From the IMG/VR virus record IMGVR_UViG_3300042691_049071: a stretch of 64,000 nucleotides of DNA; one strand, given 5' to 3'. Made by a program: the position numbers and the translations under genes. The DNA comes from an uncultured virus (IMG/VR IMGVR_UViG_3300042691_049071) (Duplodnaviria > Heunggongvirae > Uroviricota > Caudoviricetes). Under the pieces are notes generated by a model. The model was not told the DNA's origin and searched no databases. It saw only the letters and a program-made list of their open reading frames with translations. Position 1 is the stretch's first letter. Each line of letters begins with the position of its first letter. This document shows, in pieces, positions 48,015 through 57,715 of this stretch.

Positions 48015-48618
48015 AAAGCCAGTCGCGGGACTGGCTACAGGTAAAACAACAAAAAGACAACTATACGGAAATCAAGATACCGAGCATTTGTGGAGAACAG
48101 CTAGGCATTTGGATATTAGCACAGAATTAAAACAAATCACCGTAAGGTCGATGCGAGGAGGCGCTTTCTCGTTCGGACCTTACGATTTTCGGGTCGATCG
48201 CGGGTCGATTTTGGGTAATCCCTACGAGATGGCGAAAGATGAATCGAATCGCGATCGCGTATGCCTTGCCTACAAACACTGGTTATATGCCAATATTCAG
48301 TGTTGGCTAGACCTGAAGAATAAGGCGATCGCAAAACCTCTCTGGGGTGCAATTTATATAGATCCCAAGAGTATGGCGATCGCCTCGGATCTCCGAATTG
48401 CTATGTCGTGGAAGCAGGTTACTGTCGCTCAAGTTGAAAGCGAATTTACTCGCCTGTGTTATGAAGCAACCCAGCACGATATCAACCTCATTTGCTGGTG
48501 TTTTCCGAAAGCTTGCCACGCGGATGTACTGCGAGCAGCCCTGATCTGGTACTACGAGGCGCACTACCTAAAGGAGTGTGCGCGAATCGAAACAACTATT
48601 AAAGAATTTTTTGGATAA
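47989..48618 (+). CDS. DUF4326-like protein
   Basis: VDRGSILGNPY, RDRVC..Y, LICWCFPKACHADVL. True start probably later. Confidence 0.75.
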   Translation: MESCCFTNKKPVAGLATGKTTKRQLYGNQDTEHLWRTARHLDISTELKQITVRSMRGGAFSFGPYDFRVDRGSILGNPYEMAKDESNRDRVCLAYKHWLYANIQCWLDLKNKAIAKPLWGAIYIDPKSMAIASDLRIAMSWKQVTVAQVESEFTRLCYEATQHDINLICWCFPKACHADVLRAALIWYYEAHYLKECARIETTIKEFFG

Positions 48619-48622
48619 AAAT

Positions 48623-48811
48623 ATGGATACAAACGTTAAGTCTGGATTTTTTGAGATTGGCGATCGCGTAGAAATGGCGGGTTTATCTCGCCATGTCGGA
48701 GTCATTACCGCTATTAAGGATAGTCCGTACTCAGGGCTAACCTATAGCGTCAAGGTCGGCGACAACAAACGTCTTGACGGCATCAACCCTATGGCATTAA
48801 CAAAACTATGA
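48623..48811 (+). CDS. Small SH3/KOW-like hypothetical protein
   Basis: FEIGDRV..GVIT..YSV. Confidence 0.55.
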   Translation: MDTNVKSGFFEIGDRVEMAGLSRHVGVITAIKDSPYSGLTYSVKVGDNKRLDGINPMALTKL

Positions 48812-49140
48812 TCACAAAGCGACCAGCGATCGGTCGGCTAGTACGGCTACCCAGTAAAATTGTCACCATTATGGGTTACAAGGACGGGGTTTTCTTGGTG
48901 CGTATCGGTGCTGGGAAAACCCAGAAAATCACAGAGTCTTTCTTTATGTCTCACGGCACTCTTGTCCCGAAAGAATGGCAAGAAGAGAAGAAGTCTGTAC
49001 CCAAACAGGAATACGTGAACCGAGAGTTTAGGCGATTCTTTGAGGAGCGAGCAGAGAGGGACTACCAAGAAAAGATCTTCAAAGGATTTACAATCGAAGA
49101 TGAGGTTATTGAAGGATTTGAGGCGATCTCCGAAGAATAA
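48808..49140 (+). CDS. Hypothetical protein
   Basis: ATGA-coupled ORF. Confidence 0.6.
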   Translation: MITKRPAIGRLVRLPSKIVTIMGYKDGVFLVRIGAGKTQKITESFFMSHGTLVPKEWQEEKKSVPKQEYVNREFRRFFEERAERDYQEKIFKGFTIEDEVIEGFEAISEE

Positions 49141-49146
49141 AACACA

Positions 49147-49175
49147 AAAAAGCACCTAGTTCTAGGTGCTTTTTT
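49147..49175. terminator. Bidirectional intrinsic terminator
   Basis: AAAAAGCACCTAG-tt-CTAGGTGCTTTTTT between convergent genes. Confidence 0.85.
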
Positions 49176-49182
49176 GTGTATC

Positions 49183-50934
49183 TTAACTAGCGATCGCCAT
49201 CAATTTGACCAGCCCTGCCTTACGCAGTGTTTCCTGTCGAAGCTTGGCTTGAAAGTACGGTTTATCCTCGTCCTGCGCCGTCCGATACAGCTCCAGCCAG
49301 TATTTCTCCCGCTTCTCGCAGTATATATACTGAATCTTAGCGATCGCACGGTCAACTACCTCCTTAACGTCACCAACGATCGCTTCCTGCATTGCGTAAG
49401 GGATATCCGAAAAATATTCGTCCAGAAACCTCTCCCACAATGCACAGTGCTCTTCATGGGCGAACTCAATCTCTTGAAGCAGGATATATCCCCGCAAATC
49501 GGGATGGTGGACAAAGGCTTTTAGTATCTGCATTTCGGCTAGTTGTAGAGCAGTATAATTGGGTTTTGCGGCAACCTGTGGTGATTCAGATCGGAATACC
49601 GATCGCGCAAGTCGATGTAAATCCTCCTCGATGCGAACAGCTAAGCGAGCATTGCCTTGGGCAAGTTTTTGGGCGCACTTATGGGTATAGTGGCTGCGGC
49701 GCGGATCGATTGGTAGTGGGGCGAGTATCTGCGCGATCGCCTGATTAGCTTGCTGAAATTGGGCGGAGTCGTTGAGATCTTTGCCTTTTAGTTCGAGGTC
49801 GATCAGCCAATCGAGGTATAGCGGCGCATCGCGGAGCAGGGATAAGTATGCCTCAGAGCCGTAAGTGGTTAGATATTCGTCGGCATCTTTCTTGCCCTCA
49901 ATAGTCAGTACTCGCAGATTTACCGTGCCGTCTAGAACTAAGTCTAGAACTTGGCTTACAGCTTTTTTAGTTGCGGTAATACCCGCTTTGTCCGAGTCAA
50001 AGTTAGACACTATTCGCTTGGATTCGGTATGGCGTAATATCTGCTTGATTTGAGCGGCGCTTAGCGCTGTACCCATAGAACCAACAGCATGGGTAATCCC
50101 ATTTTGGTGCAAGGAAATTACGTCAAGATGCCCTTCGACAATTACTGCCTCGTCGTTCTTGGCGATCGCGTCACAAGCTTTGTCTAGTCCAAACAGTAGT
50201 TCGCCTTTTTTGAACAACTCGGTTTCGGGCGAGTTGATATACTTTGCGCCGTCGTTCTCACCGCTTAACGATCGCACAGAAAATCCAACCACGCGACCAC
50301 GAATATCGGTGATCGGGATGATTAGGCGATCGCGAAATCGGTCGTAGTAGCCCTCGTTTTCTTTGCGCGGTATTACCAGTCCCAATTCTTCAAGGGTTTG
50401 AATAGGGATATTTAGCTCGGCAAGATTACTCCACCCCGCAGGCGCGTAACCAAGCTTGAATTTCGTACATGTATCTCTGGAAATTTTGCGCTTTTCTAGG
50501 TATGCAAGGGCTTTTGTACTGAACTGTTGCTGGTAGTAACGGGTGACTTTGGCGATCGCGTCGTAGAGGTATTCTCTATGCGATCGCTCCTCAATAATTT
50601 GCCGAGCATGTTCAGGCTCTTCGGTTTTAATCTCGACGTTGTATTGCTTAGCTAGATTGATTACCGCTTCAGAGAAGGACTGGCGACCCTCTTCCATCAA
50701 GAACTTTATTACTCCACCCGATGCCCCGCAGTTATGGCAGTAGTACATATTCTTGCTGGGGTCTACCGAGAGGGCGGTGGGGTTCGTCCCGTTGTGAAAT
50801 GGGCAAGCGCCACGAAATGAGTGTCCTGAGCGTTTTAGGACTACGCGATCGCTGACAATATCTACGATGTCGGCTTTATCGTTTACGGCAGCGATCGTGT
50901 CTTGGTGGATGCGGAAAGATTTAGTTTTTAGCAT
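49183..50934 (-). CDS. dnaG: DnaG-type DNA primase, cyanobacterial-like
   Basis: CPFH..CHNC zinc finger, YYDRFRDR, KYINSPET, VEGHLD, FDSDKAG, KDADE. Confidence 0.95.
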   Translation of the reverse strand: MLKTKSFRIHQDTIAAVNDKADIVDIVSDRVVLKRSGHSFRGACPFHNGTNPTALSVDPSKNMYYCHNCGASGGVIKFLMEEGRQSFSEAVINLAKQYNVEIKTEEPEHARQIIEERSHREYLYDAIAKVTRYYQQQFSTKALAYLEKRKISRDTCTKFKLGYAPAGWSNLAELNIPIQTLEELGLVIPRKENEGYYDRFRDRLIIPITDIRGRVVGFSVRSLSGENDGAKYINSPETELFKKGELLFGLDKACDAIAKNDEAVIVEGHLDVISLHQNGITHAVGSMGTALSAAQIKQILRHTESKRIVSNFDSDKAGITATKKAVSQVLDLVLDGTVNLRVLTIEGKKDADEYLTTYGSEAYLSLLRDAPLYLDWLIDLELKGKDLNDSAQFQQANQAIAQILAPLPIDPRRSHYTHKCAQKLAQGNARLAVRIEEDLHRLARSVFRSESPQVAAKPNYTALQLAEMQILKAFVHHPDLRGYILLQEIEFAHEEHCALWERFLDEYFSDIPYAMQEAIVGDVKEVVDRAIAKIQYIYCEKREKYWLELYRTAQDEDKPYFQAKLRQETLRKAGLVKLMAIAS

Positions 50935-51325
50935 CTACCCAGTCTTCCCATGCGCGGAACTCGGTGAAGTCGTGGCGACCAAGCAGGAAGTTGTCTCTGT
51001 GAAATGAACACCCTTTCCAAGCCTGACCCTCAACACAGAACCAAATATCTCCGCAGGACGTTTTTATTTTTAGATTCGTCCTGTCCACCCTTATGATTGT
51101 TACCCCACGGGAGTTCAAAAACGGCTCAAGCTTGGCTGCGTAGTCAACAATATATTTGGACTGAAGGATTGTTACAAAAATCTTCTCGCCAGCTACAAGT
51201 TTTTGCAGAAAAGTAGAATCACTGGTATCGATACCTGATCTCTGGAAATCGTCTTTCAGAAACTTCTGAGTCATTTTTTTTAGCTTGGCTGAGTTGCCTT
51301 TTGTCCCTTCTCTCTTGACGAACAT
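50921..51325 (-). CDS. Hypothetical protein
   Basis: 134-aa ORF with an RBS, overlapping the dnaG start. Confidence 0.6.
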   Translation of the reverse strand: MFVKREGTKGNSAKLKKMTQKFLKDDFQRSGIDTSDSTFLQKLVAGEKIFVTILQSKYIVDYAAKLEPFLNSRGVTIIRVDRTNLKIKTSCGDIWFCVEGQAWKGCSFHRDNFLLGRHDFTEFRAWEDWVDAKN

Positions 51326-51378
51326 ATTTACCTCTTTTGAAAATCTTTTGCGCGATCGCCTCTGTAACGAGCGATCGC

Positions 51379-51564
51379 CTATTCATACTCTTCGTACACG
51401 CGATCGCAAGCATTGCAACCCAGTGAACCGTCACTAAACTCGTGGAACACATTGGCTCCGCACTTACAGAAAAAGCGCTTGCCCTCCACGCGGATGAGGG
51501 CGCTCTGTTTGACTATTGTTCTTTTAGCTAGAGCTTTATCTTGTGACAAAATCTGGTTAGCCAT
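51379..51564 (-). CDS. Small zinc-ribbon protein
   Basis: FCKCGANVF..CNAC. Confidence 0.6.
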   Translation of the reverse strand: MANQILSQDKALAKRTIVKQSALIRVEGKRFFCKCGANVFHEFSDGSLGCNACDRVYEEYE

Positions 51565-51653
51565 TGAGCCTCTCACTTAGGTTTATTTAGTTAGATGCGG
51601 TTGTCTGTTGGTAGCAGGCGATCGCTTCGACAAAAATAATTCTAGTACAAGTG

Positions 51654-51682
51654 TTGCATTATGGCAAGACATCGGTTAGACT
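51654..51682 (+). promoter_or_regulatory. Sigma70-like promoter of the rightward early operon
   Basis: TTGCAT-N17-TAGACT in the divergent intergenic region. Confidence 0.5.
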
Positions 51683-51707
51683 ATTTTTAAGTTAGCAGGG
51701 TGAAGCT

Positions 51708-51923
51708 ATGAGTACTAGAAACAAAAGAATTATGATTACGCCGAGTCCAAAGGCTTTATCGATCGTGGAAGCCATAGAAAATCAGGACGAGGAGACAAAA
51801 AGCGAGATTTTTAGCAGAGCAGTAATAATTGAAGACGCGCTCCGAAAAGCCGCGTCCGACGGGGCTGCTGTCTATATCGAGAAGCCTAACGGCGATCGCG
51901 AAAAAATTGTTTTAGTTGGATAG
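51708..51923 (+). CDS. Ribbon-helix-helix (CopG-like) regulator
   Basis: RIMIT..TKSEIFSRAV..GAAVYIEK. Confidence 0.65.
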   Translation: MSTRNKRIMITPSPKALSIVEAIENQDEETKSEIFSRAVIIEDALRKAASDGAAVYIEKPNGDREKIVLVG

Positions 51924-51931
51924 GCGATCGC

Positions 51932-52165
51932 ATGAAACCTGATTATCACAACGTTAGTAATTTCAATTCAGAAAAAGGTTTTGTTCAAGTGTGCTACTCG
52001 AACCATGAGTCACTACCGCATATTCTGATTGAAAAGAGAGAAGATGGAGAACCCATTTCCACTCCCTACCAAAACATTCACGAGGCTGTCCGCAAGTATA
52101 GGGCGATCGCCTTTGAACTCGGACTAGACAGGAAGACCTGCTTTAACTACCCCAAGCCTTATTAG
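51932..52165 (+). CDS. Hypothetical protein
   Basis: 77-aa ORF flanked by HIP1 sites. Confidence 0.55.
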   Translation: MKPDYHNVSNFNSEKGFVQVCYSNHESLPHILIEKREDGEPISTPYQNIHEAVRKYRAIAFELGLDRKTCFNYPKPY

Positions 52166-52192
52166 GCGATCGCGTAAAACTAAGAGAAAATA

Positions 52193-52450
52193 ATGGACGA
52201 ATTATTGCAGCAACTTGAAACGATGGGGTTAAAACATTGCACGATTATTGGCTCCGCGCCCAACTGCAAAGGAATTGGGTTTTTCACCCATATAGCCCCA
52301 AAAGACTCTAACTTCGATCCCTATGTTTCGCCTGTGTTTGGCGAGACTAAGTATGAGTCGTTGAAAGAGGCGATCGCTGAGTGGAAAGCCTCTCAAGACT
52401 ACGCCATCGAATTGATTGACTTCTTATCTGCCGCAGGAACAATTGGCTAG
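52193..52450 (+). CDS. Hypothetical protein
   Basis: 85-aa ORF flanked by HIP1 sites. Confidence 0.55.
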   Translation: MDELLQQLETMGLKHCTIIGSAPNCKGIGFFTHIAPKDSNFDPYVSPVFGETKYESLKEAIAEWKASQDYAIELIDFLSAAGTIG

Positions 52451-52781
52451 GCGATCGCTAAATCTTAATTTCCTAACGTAGTTTTGTTGTGTTATTGTGG
52501 ATTCACCAAAGAAGCAAATGAGAGACCCACCTGCTAAAAATAAGCAAAAAATAAAAGAGCTAACGACCAAGCTGCTCTTTCATTTCTTTGGAATTTAGTT
52601 GTTTCACATCATTTCGGTCAGTTACGACCGCCAATTCTAGATAACTCTAACACATGGCGATCGCTTTGTGAAGAGAAATTTACGGAATTGGTGAAAAAAC
52701 TGGTAGACAAGTGGTTTCTTGGGTATCTCAAGGGCGCTTTGGTTGTTTATTTCACATTAGTTTCGTAGGAAAAATTTAATT

Positions 52782-54173
52782 ATGCACGATCAAGATCTTC
52801 TTGATAGTCAAGCCTTATTCAGGCTTTTTGATCGCCCTATTGCGTATCACAAATGTTTTGCCGATATCTCAGGCAGTGTCGTAGCTGCCGTAATGTTGTC
52901 TCAATCCGTCTACTGGACTAAGACGCTCCCGCCAGAAAAAGATGGTTGGTTCTACAAGACCGCCGCCGAATGGCAAGAAGAGACTGGAATGACGCGAAGC
53001 GAGCAAGAAAACGCTCGAAGGAAACTCAAGACCATCGGTGTATTGCAAGAAAAAAAAGAAGGTGTCCCTTGCAAGCTCTACTACCGCATCAACGTCTTGG
53101 CTATACGAGAGTTGATTCTTGGCACTAAGAGAATTGTCGATCTCGACACGTTTCTGGAGATAAATGAGCAATCCTTATTGAGCCTATCTCGCACGGGACT
53201 GATGAGGGCTACCAAGCTTCAAGCCGAGAGACAGTATGTGGACTACAGAGATGTAGTTAAAACGCATGGGCTTCACTGTCATGTATGCAACCAAGCGATC
53301 GATTTTGGTATGAACATGAGCAAAATTGCCTTTGATCATGTCGTCCCGCTAAGCAAAGGAGGTAGCCACACCTTTGACAATATTCGCCCAGCGCACCAAA
53401 AATGCAACCAACAAAAAGGTTCTAAAACGCTGGAAGAGTCATGTCTGTCAGAACAAAGCATCTCTGTTTGTCAAAACAAAGCAAACAAGGATGTCTTGGT
53501 AAATCAATCAAGAGCGTCAAAGCAAAACAACCAAGACGGCTTTGGCAAGACAGACAATCTATATACAGAGATTACTACAGAGATTACTACAGAGATAAGA
53601 GCGGATGATTTTTTCACGATCGCTCCTTCGTCGCAGAATCAAGATAAATCCTTTCCCGCGCAAACAACTCCGAGAATTGAAGAAACCCCAAACCCCCAAA
53701 GCCCCCTTTCCCCTTTGCCCGAAAATTTACCGAAGAAGGTCGTCGTGGATAAAATGGGCGATCGCTTCAACCAAGGCAAGTCTTACAATCGCCATGCACC
53801 CAAGCTACTCGTAGAAGCTGGCTACGCGGAATGGCATAACGGCAAGCACCCGAATGACTGGCGTAAGTCTCTAATTGATGTCTGCATTCAGCGAAAGAAA
53901 AAGCGGGGCGACGAAGCAACAGTAGGGGCAGCCACCGATTTTATTTTCAACGTAATGAAAGATTGCATAGCTCTTGGTTTTTGGGGCAAGTTTCAAGAAC
54001 TCGTCGATCAAGCCCTCAAACTCGAAGCTTCCGAAGCGATCGCCGCTCAACAACGACAAGCCGAACAACAGCGATTTGAGCAGCCCGAAGATGATGGAGA
54101 GCGAGTCGATATTGACAAGATTCGTGCAGAACTCAAGCGCAAACAGTTACTCAGAAGATCACAGGCAGCATAA
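52782..54173 (+). CDS. Phage replication initiator (wHTH) with inserted HNH domain
   Basis: DRPIAY..GSVVAAVMLSQ..DGWFYKT..WQEETG; CHVC..DHVVPLSKGG..DNIRPAH..CN..KG; TEITTEITTE. Directly upstream of dnaB. Confidence 0.8.
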   Translation: MHDQDLLDSQALFRLFDRPIAYHKCFADISGSVVAAVMLSQSVYWTKTLPPEKDGWFYKTAAEWQEETGMTRSEQENARRKLKTIGVLQEKKEGVPCKLYYRINVLAIRELILGTKRIVDLDTFLEINEQSLLSLSRTGLMRATKLQAERQYVDYRDVVKTHGLHCHVCNQAIDFGMNMSKIAFDHVVPLSKGGSHTFDNIRPAHQKCNQQKGSKTLEESCLSEQSISVCQNKANKDVLVNQSRASKQNNQDGFGKTDNLYTEITTEITTEIRADDFFTIAPSSQNQDKSFPAQTTPRIEETPNPQSPLSPLPENLPKKVVVDKMGDRFNQGKSYNRHAPKLLVEAGYAEWHNGKHPNDWRKSLIDVCIQRKKKRGDEATVGAATDFIFNVMKDCIALGFWGKFQELVDQALKLEASEAIAAQQRQAEQQRFEQPEDDGERVDIDKIRAELKRKQLLRRSQAA

Positions 54174-54175
54174 CA

Positions 54176-55900
54176 ATGAAAGACATTCAACAAGTCCAAA
54201 GACTCAACGCGCAGATCGAACCCAACAACGTCGAAGCCGAGCAACTCATCATTGCGGGGATTTTTGAGGGTGGAAGCCTTCTTAGCCTAGTCGTAGATGC
54301 AATCACACCTGAGATGTTTTTTTCGAGCCTTCTAGGGGCATTTTACAGGGCAGCTTTATTCCTGAGAGACAGCGATCGCGATATCAACACCCTAAACCTT
54401 GCAGCGTCATTGCGGGAAACGGGTTTTAAAGACCTCTACGGCTTTGAAAGTATCGCCGCCTTGGTTAACAGCACCTATGCCGACGTAATGGGTAGCACAT
54501 ACGTCCAGAGCCCCGCCCATTATGAATCTGCTGCGGCATTAATCCGTGGAGCCTCTATTCGCCGAGATTTAATTAAAGCCAGTAGAGCTGCGATCGCTGC
54601 CGCCTACGATGAGGAAGTCACCATTCTTGATGCCTGTACTAAAGCACAAGACATGATTGGCGAGGCGATGTCCGCATCCCAACCTCGCAGCACGGTATTT
54701 GAAGTGGGTGCAGCCTACACCGATCGCATTGCCGAATTTCTTGACCCAGAAGCTGAAGATAGCAGCCCAATCATTCCTAGCGGGTACGCAGCTTGGGATG
54801 AGATGCTTGAAGGTGGCTTTAGGGGCGGAGAATTCACCGTAATTGGTGGAGACTCTGGGATTGGCAAATCCATGTTGCTGTTTGGAGCGGCGTGGAACAT
54901 GGCTAAATTTCTTTCGGCTCAAGGCAAGGTCGGCTATATCGGCTCTATGGAGATGTCCACACGTAATGTCGTTGACCGATGGATTGCGTCAGAGGCAAAA
55001 GTTGCCCTATCTCGTATGCGTCGAAGAGATTTTCGGGATGAAGACCTTGAAAGGATCGCTAAAGCCTCTGCTGTCGGAGATTTGCTTAACAACTTGGCGA
55101 TCGATGAGGACAACAAGGCTACCATCCCCCAGATACTCAATCGAGCCAAAGAATTTGCTCGCAAACATGCAAGGAAACATGGCGGGGCTGGTGAGTTAGG
55201 ATTTATCGTTATCGATAACATCAAAATTGCCGAAAAAGGCGGAGATGATTTTAGCTTAATCAACCGATACGTCAAGGAAATGAAGGGGATCGCCAAAGAC
55301 TACAACATCCCAGTGATTTCTTTGTCTCAGCTAACCAAAGAGTCTTTAAAAGGCACAGACAAGCGCCCAACCATTGATGGCTTGTACGGTGGCAAGGCGA
55401 TCGAGGAGAATGCTGACGACGTTTTTGGCTTGTATCGAGGCGAGAAATATGACGATTTTGAGCTTCCCTCCGATCGCGCCGAGATAATCTCATTAAAGCG
55501 CCGCAATGCAGATGGCTGTGGGAAGAATAGAAAGGTTATATTGGGGTATAACGGCTCTCTTGCTACTTTCTTTGATATTGGCGCACCGAAACCCGCTCAA
55601 AAGTCGGAGTCAAAACAGGCGATCACTACATCACCCTCCGATAACACCAACTATTTTGGCGATCTCGAAGATGGATGCCAAGTCGTACTCAACATTTCCT
55701 ACTCAACCCCCGAAGAAAAGCAGGAAATGAACGATCGCATCAACGCAGGAGAAATACCAAAGCCAAATGAAGTCTGTGGAGTGACCCATTTAAGCATTGC
55801 CGAGACCCCAGAAGTCGGCAAATTTGGTATCGCCCATCTACTACTCCCTGACAATTCGGTGATCAAGGTTGCCGTAGACGAATTGCGTCGAGTTAGCTAG
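54176..55900 (+). CDS. dnaB: DnaB-like replicative helicase
   Basis: EAEQ N-terminus, GGDSGIGKS, SMEMS, FIVID, SLSQL, IEENAD, KRR. Confidence 0.9.
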   Translation: MKDIQQVQRLNAQIEPNNVEAEQLIIAGIFEGGSLLSLVVDAITPEMFFSSLLGAFYRAALFLRDSDRDINTLNLAASLRETGFKDLYGFESIAALVNSTYADVMGSTYVQSPAHYESAAALIRGASIRRDLIKASRAAIAAAYDEEVTILDACTKAQDMIGEAMSASQPRSTVFEVGAAYTDRIAEFLDPEAEDSSPIIPSGYAAWDEMLEGGFRGGEFTVIGGDSGIGKSMLLFGAAWNMAKFLSAQGKVGYIGSMEMSTRNVVDRWIASEAKVALSRMRRRDFRDEDLERIAKASAVGDLLNNLAIDEDNKATIPQILNRAKEFARKHARKHGGAGELGFIVIDNIKIAEKGGDDFSLINRYVKEMKGIAKDYNIPVISLSQLTKESLKGTDKRPTIDGLYGGKAIEENADDVFGLYRGEKYDDFELPSDRAEIISLKRRNADGCGKNRKVILGYNGSLATFFDIGAPKPAQKSESKQAITTSPSDNTNYFGDLEDGCQVVLNISYSTPEEKQEMNDRINAGEIPKPNEVCGVTHLSIAETPEVGKFGIAHLLLPDNSVIKVAVDELRRVS

Positions 55901-55958
55901 TTAAAAGCCCACGAGATTTATTTCTTGTGGGTAAAAACACACAAAATTACAACAAGAC

Positions 55959-56177
55959 ATGGAAAACAACAACCCTCCACTCGAAATAAAAAGATGGGAC
56001 GGCAAGAACTTTTACTTCAAAGGGTATGCCGACTACCAACAACACTCATCAAAGCGCTCGAAAACAGCTCAGAGGAATAGGAAATGGGTTCAAGCTCCTC
56101 TTTATGAATCACCTGACGGAGAAAGCTTTCTCCTACCCTATTCACATGACGGCAAACCTTATACCCGAACTCCATAA
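55959..56177 (+). CDS. Hypothetical protein
   Basis: 72-aa ORF in the operon. Confidence 0.5.
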   Translation: MENNNPPLEIKRWDGKNFYFKGYADYQQHSSKRSKTAQRNRKWVQAPLYESPDGESFLLPYSHDGKPYTRTP

Positions 56178-56179
56178 TC

Positions 56180-56674
56180 ATGCAAGAAGAAATTTCTCAA
56201 TCAGAAATCGACGAGATCGCCGCCGCAAGACTCAAAAGAATGCAGCGATCGCAGCAGCGTTCAATCGATGAGCTTGTTCCGAAAAACCCAAGTCCCGCAC
56301 CAGCAAAGCAGTCAAGGCCGTTAACGAACAACTACTGGAACAAGTCCAAAAACGAAGACATCGTAAAAAACCCTCGCCATGTTGCCGACATTTACACCAT
56401 GACCCCGTGGATACCCCAGCCACAGGTGAATGATGTTTGCGCGATCGCCGAACGACCATACGGCGACTGGATAGATCTCGAAGCGGAGCACATCGAAGGC
56501 AAGTGGGATAGGCAAAGATTTATCGAATCCGCCTACAACTGGCAATTCCGCAGCTTGATGCGATGTGTTGCTATCTCCGAGGATGGGCTTATGGCAACAG
56601 TGTCGGTCTCAGGAACCCGCAAACGCTTACCACTGGTGTGTCTCTGGGAAATGAATAAATGTGTTGACATATAA
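56180..56674 (+). CDS. Hypothetical protein
   Basis: 164-aa ORF in the operon. Confidence 0.6.
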   Translation: MQEEISQSEIDEIAAARLKRMQRSQQRSIDELVPKNPSPAPAKQSRPLTNNYWNKSKNEDIVKNPRHVADIYTMTPWIPQPQVNDVCAIAERPYGDWIDLEAEHIEGKWDRQRFIESAYNWQFRSLMRCVAISEDGLMATVSVSGTRKRLPLVCLWEMNKCVDI

Positions 56675-56692
56675 CCTATCAGGCTCTATCAT
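56664..56692 (+). promoter_or_regulatory. Near-consensus sigma70 promoter, likely giving a leaderless mRNA
   Basis: TTGACA-N17-TATCAT, 8 nt before ATG 56701. Confidence 0.6.
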
Positions 56693-56700
56693 GTTCTGGT

Positions 56701-56988
56701 ATGGATAAATCACTCAGAAAAAATCTCAAGGTCTGGGCAGCCAAGACTGATCCTAACCAAATGCCGAGCTTAGATGTGGAGTTAACAGTGTCTCAACAAA
56801 CTGCACTTAGGATTTACAGGCTGCTTGAAGATGGTCAATGGTGGAAAACGGCAGCGATCGCCGAGAGACTCAATAAGAGCCCTGAACAAGTCAGGGACGT
56901 TCTTCAGTCAATTAGAGAGCCTTGGAAACTGAGATCAAGTAGGTCAAGGATAAACGGAGGCTTTAAGAGGTATGACCAAAATGTTTAA
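56701..56988 (+). CDS. Winged-HTH DNA-binding protein
   Basis: IYRLLEDGQWWKTAAIAERLNKSPEQVRDVL. Confidence 0.7.
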   Translation: MDKSLRKNLKVWAAKTDPNQMPSLDVELTVSQQTALRIYRLLEDGQWWKTAAIAERLNKSPEQVRDVLQSIREPWKLRSSRSRINGGFKRYDQNV

Positions 56989-57400
56989 GTGTCAACAGAA
57001 CCTAATTAATCCTGATAAAGAAACAAGAGCTGTGCTTGAGTTCCTTTGTGGTGAGTCAGTAAAATTAGGAAATTGCGCTATTTATTATTCTCGACAACTA
57101 TTCTTTAAGACTGGGAAAGCTCCGTCTAAGTATGATTTACAAAAAGAACTTAGTGTAAGGAATAAAAATTTACACTACCAAGCTTTTTATTCTGATACAG
57201 CTCAGCAGGTTTTAGGTGATGTTGCGGAGTCCTTTAAGGGCTTTTTTGGTTTGCTCAAAGCTCTTAAAGCTGGAAGGGTGTCTCAAAAGCCTAAACTACC
57301 TAATTACCGCAAAGGTGGTATGGCCGTAGTAACCTATACGGGTCGCTCCGTAAAACTTGAGAATGGATTACTGCCGACGAATTTAATTGGTCTGCCCTAA
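56972..57400 (+). pseudogene. tnpB: N-terminal fragment of a cyanobacterial TnpB
   Basis: CQQNLI..AVLEFLC..KLGNCAIYYSRQLFFKTG..AQQVL..VAESFK..KPKLPNYRKGG; no RuvC domain. Confidence 0.8.
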
Positions 57401-57406
57401 GCGCCG

Positions 57407-57706
57407 ATGGATCGTTCTAAACTCCTAGCCAAAATCCAGTGCCAGCGAATGTGGTTAGAAGATATTCGTGGCAAGTCTCTAGCTGAGGAGCTAGAGATCT
57501 GGAAGAATAAATACCTTACCGCAAACAATCTCACGCATCTGGATACTCAGGGGCTAGAGCAACTGTTTAAGGCGCTTGAGTCGATGGTTAAAGCTGCGGT
57601 GAGTAATTTTGAGGAGTTGGATAGTCAGGCGCGAGAGAGGATTAAAGCTGGCGACCACTCGATTCGGTTTGTTGAAAAGATTGTTGAAGATGATGAATAT
57701 TTTTAG
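57407..57706 (+). CDS. Hypothetical protein
   Basis: 99-aa ORF. Confidence 0.55.
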   Translation: MDRSKLLAKIQCQRMWLEDIRGKSLAEELEIWKNKYLTANNLTHLDTQGLEQLFKALESMVKAAVSNFEELDSQARERIKAGDHSIRFVEKIVEDDEYF

Positions 57707-57715
57707 GAGGTTGAT

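Noticed and set aside
54176..55900. Intein in DnaB
   Set aside because: Helicase motifs are contiguous and there are no intein splice motifs; the extra length is a C-terminal extension.
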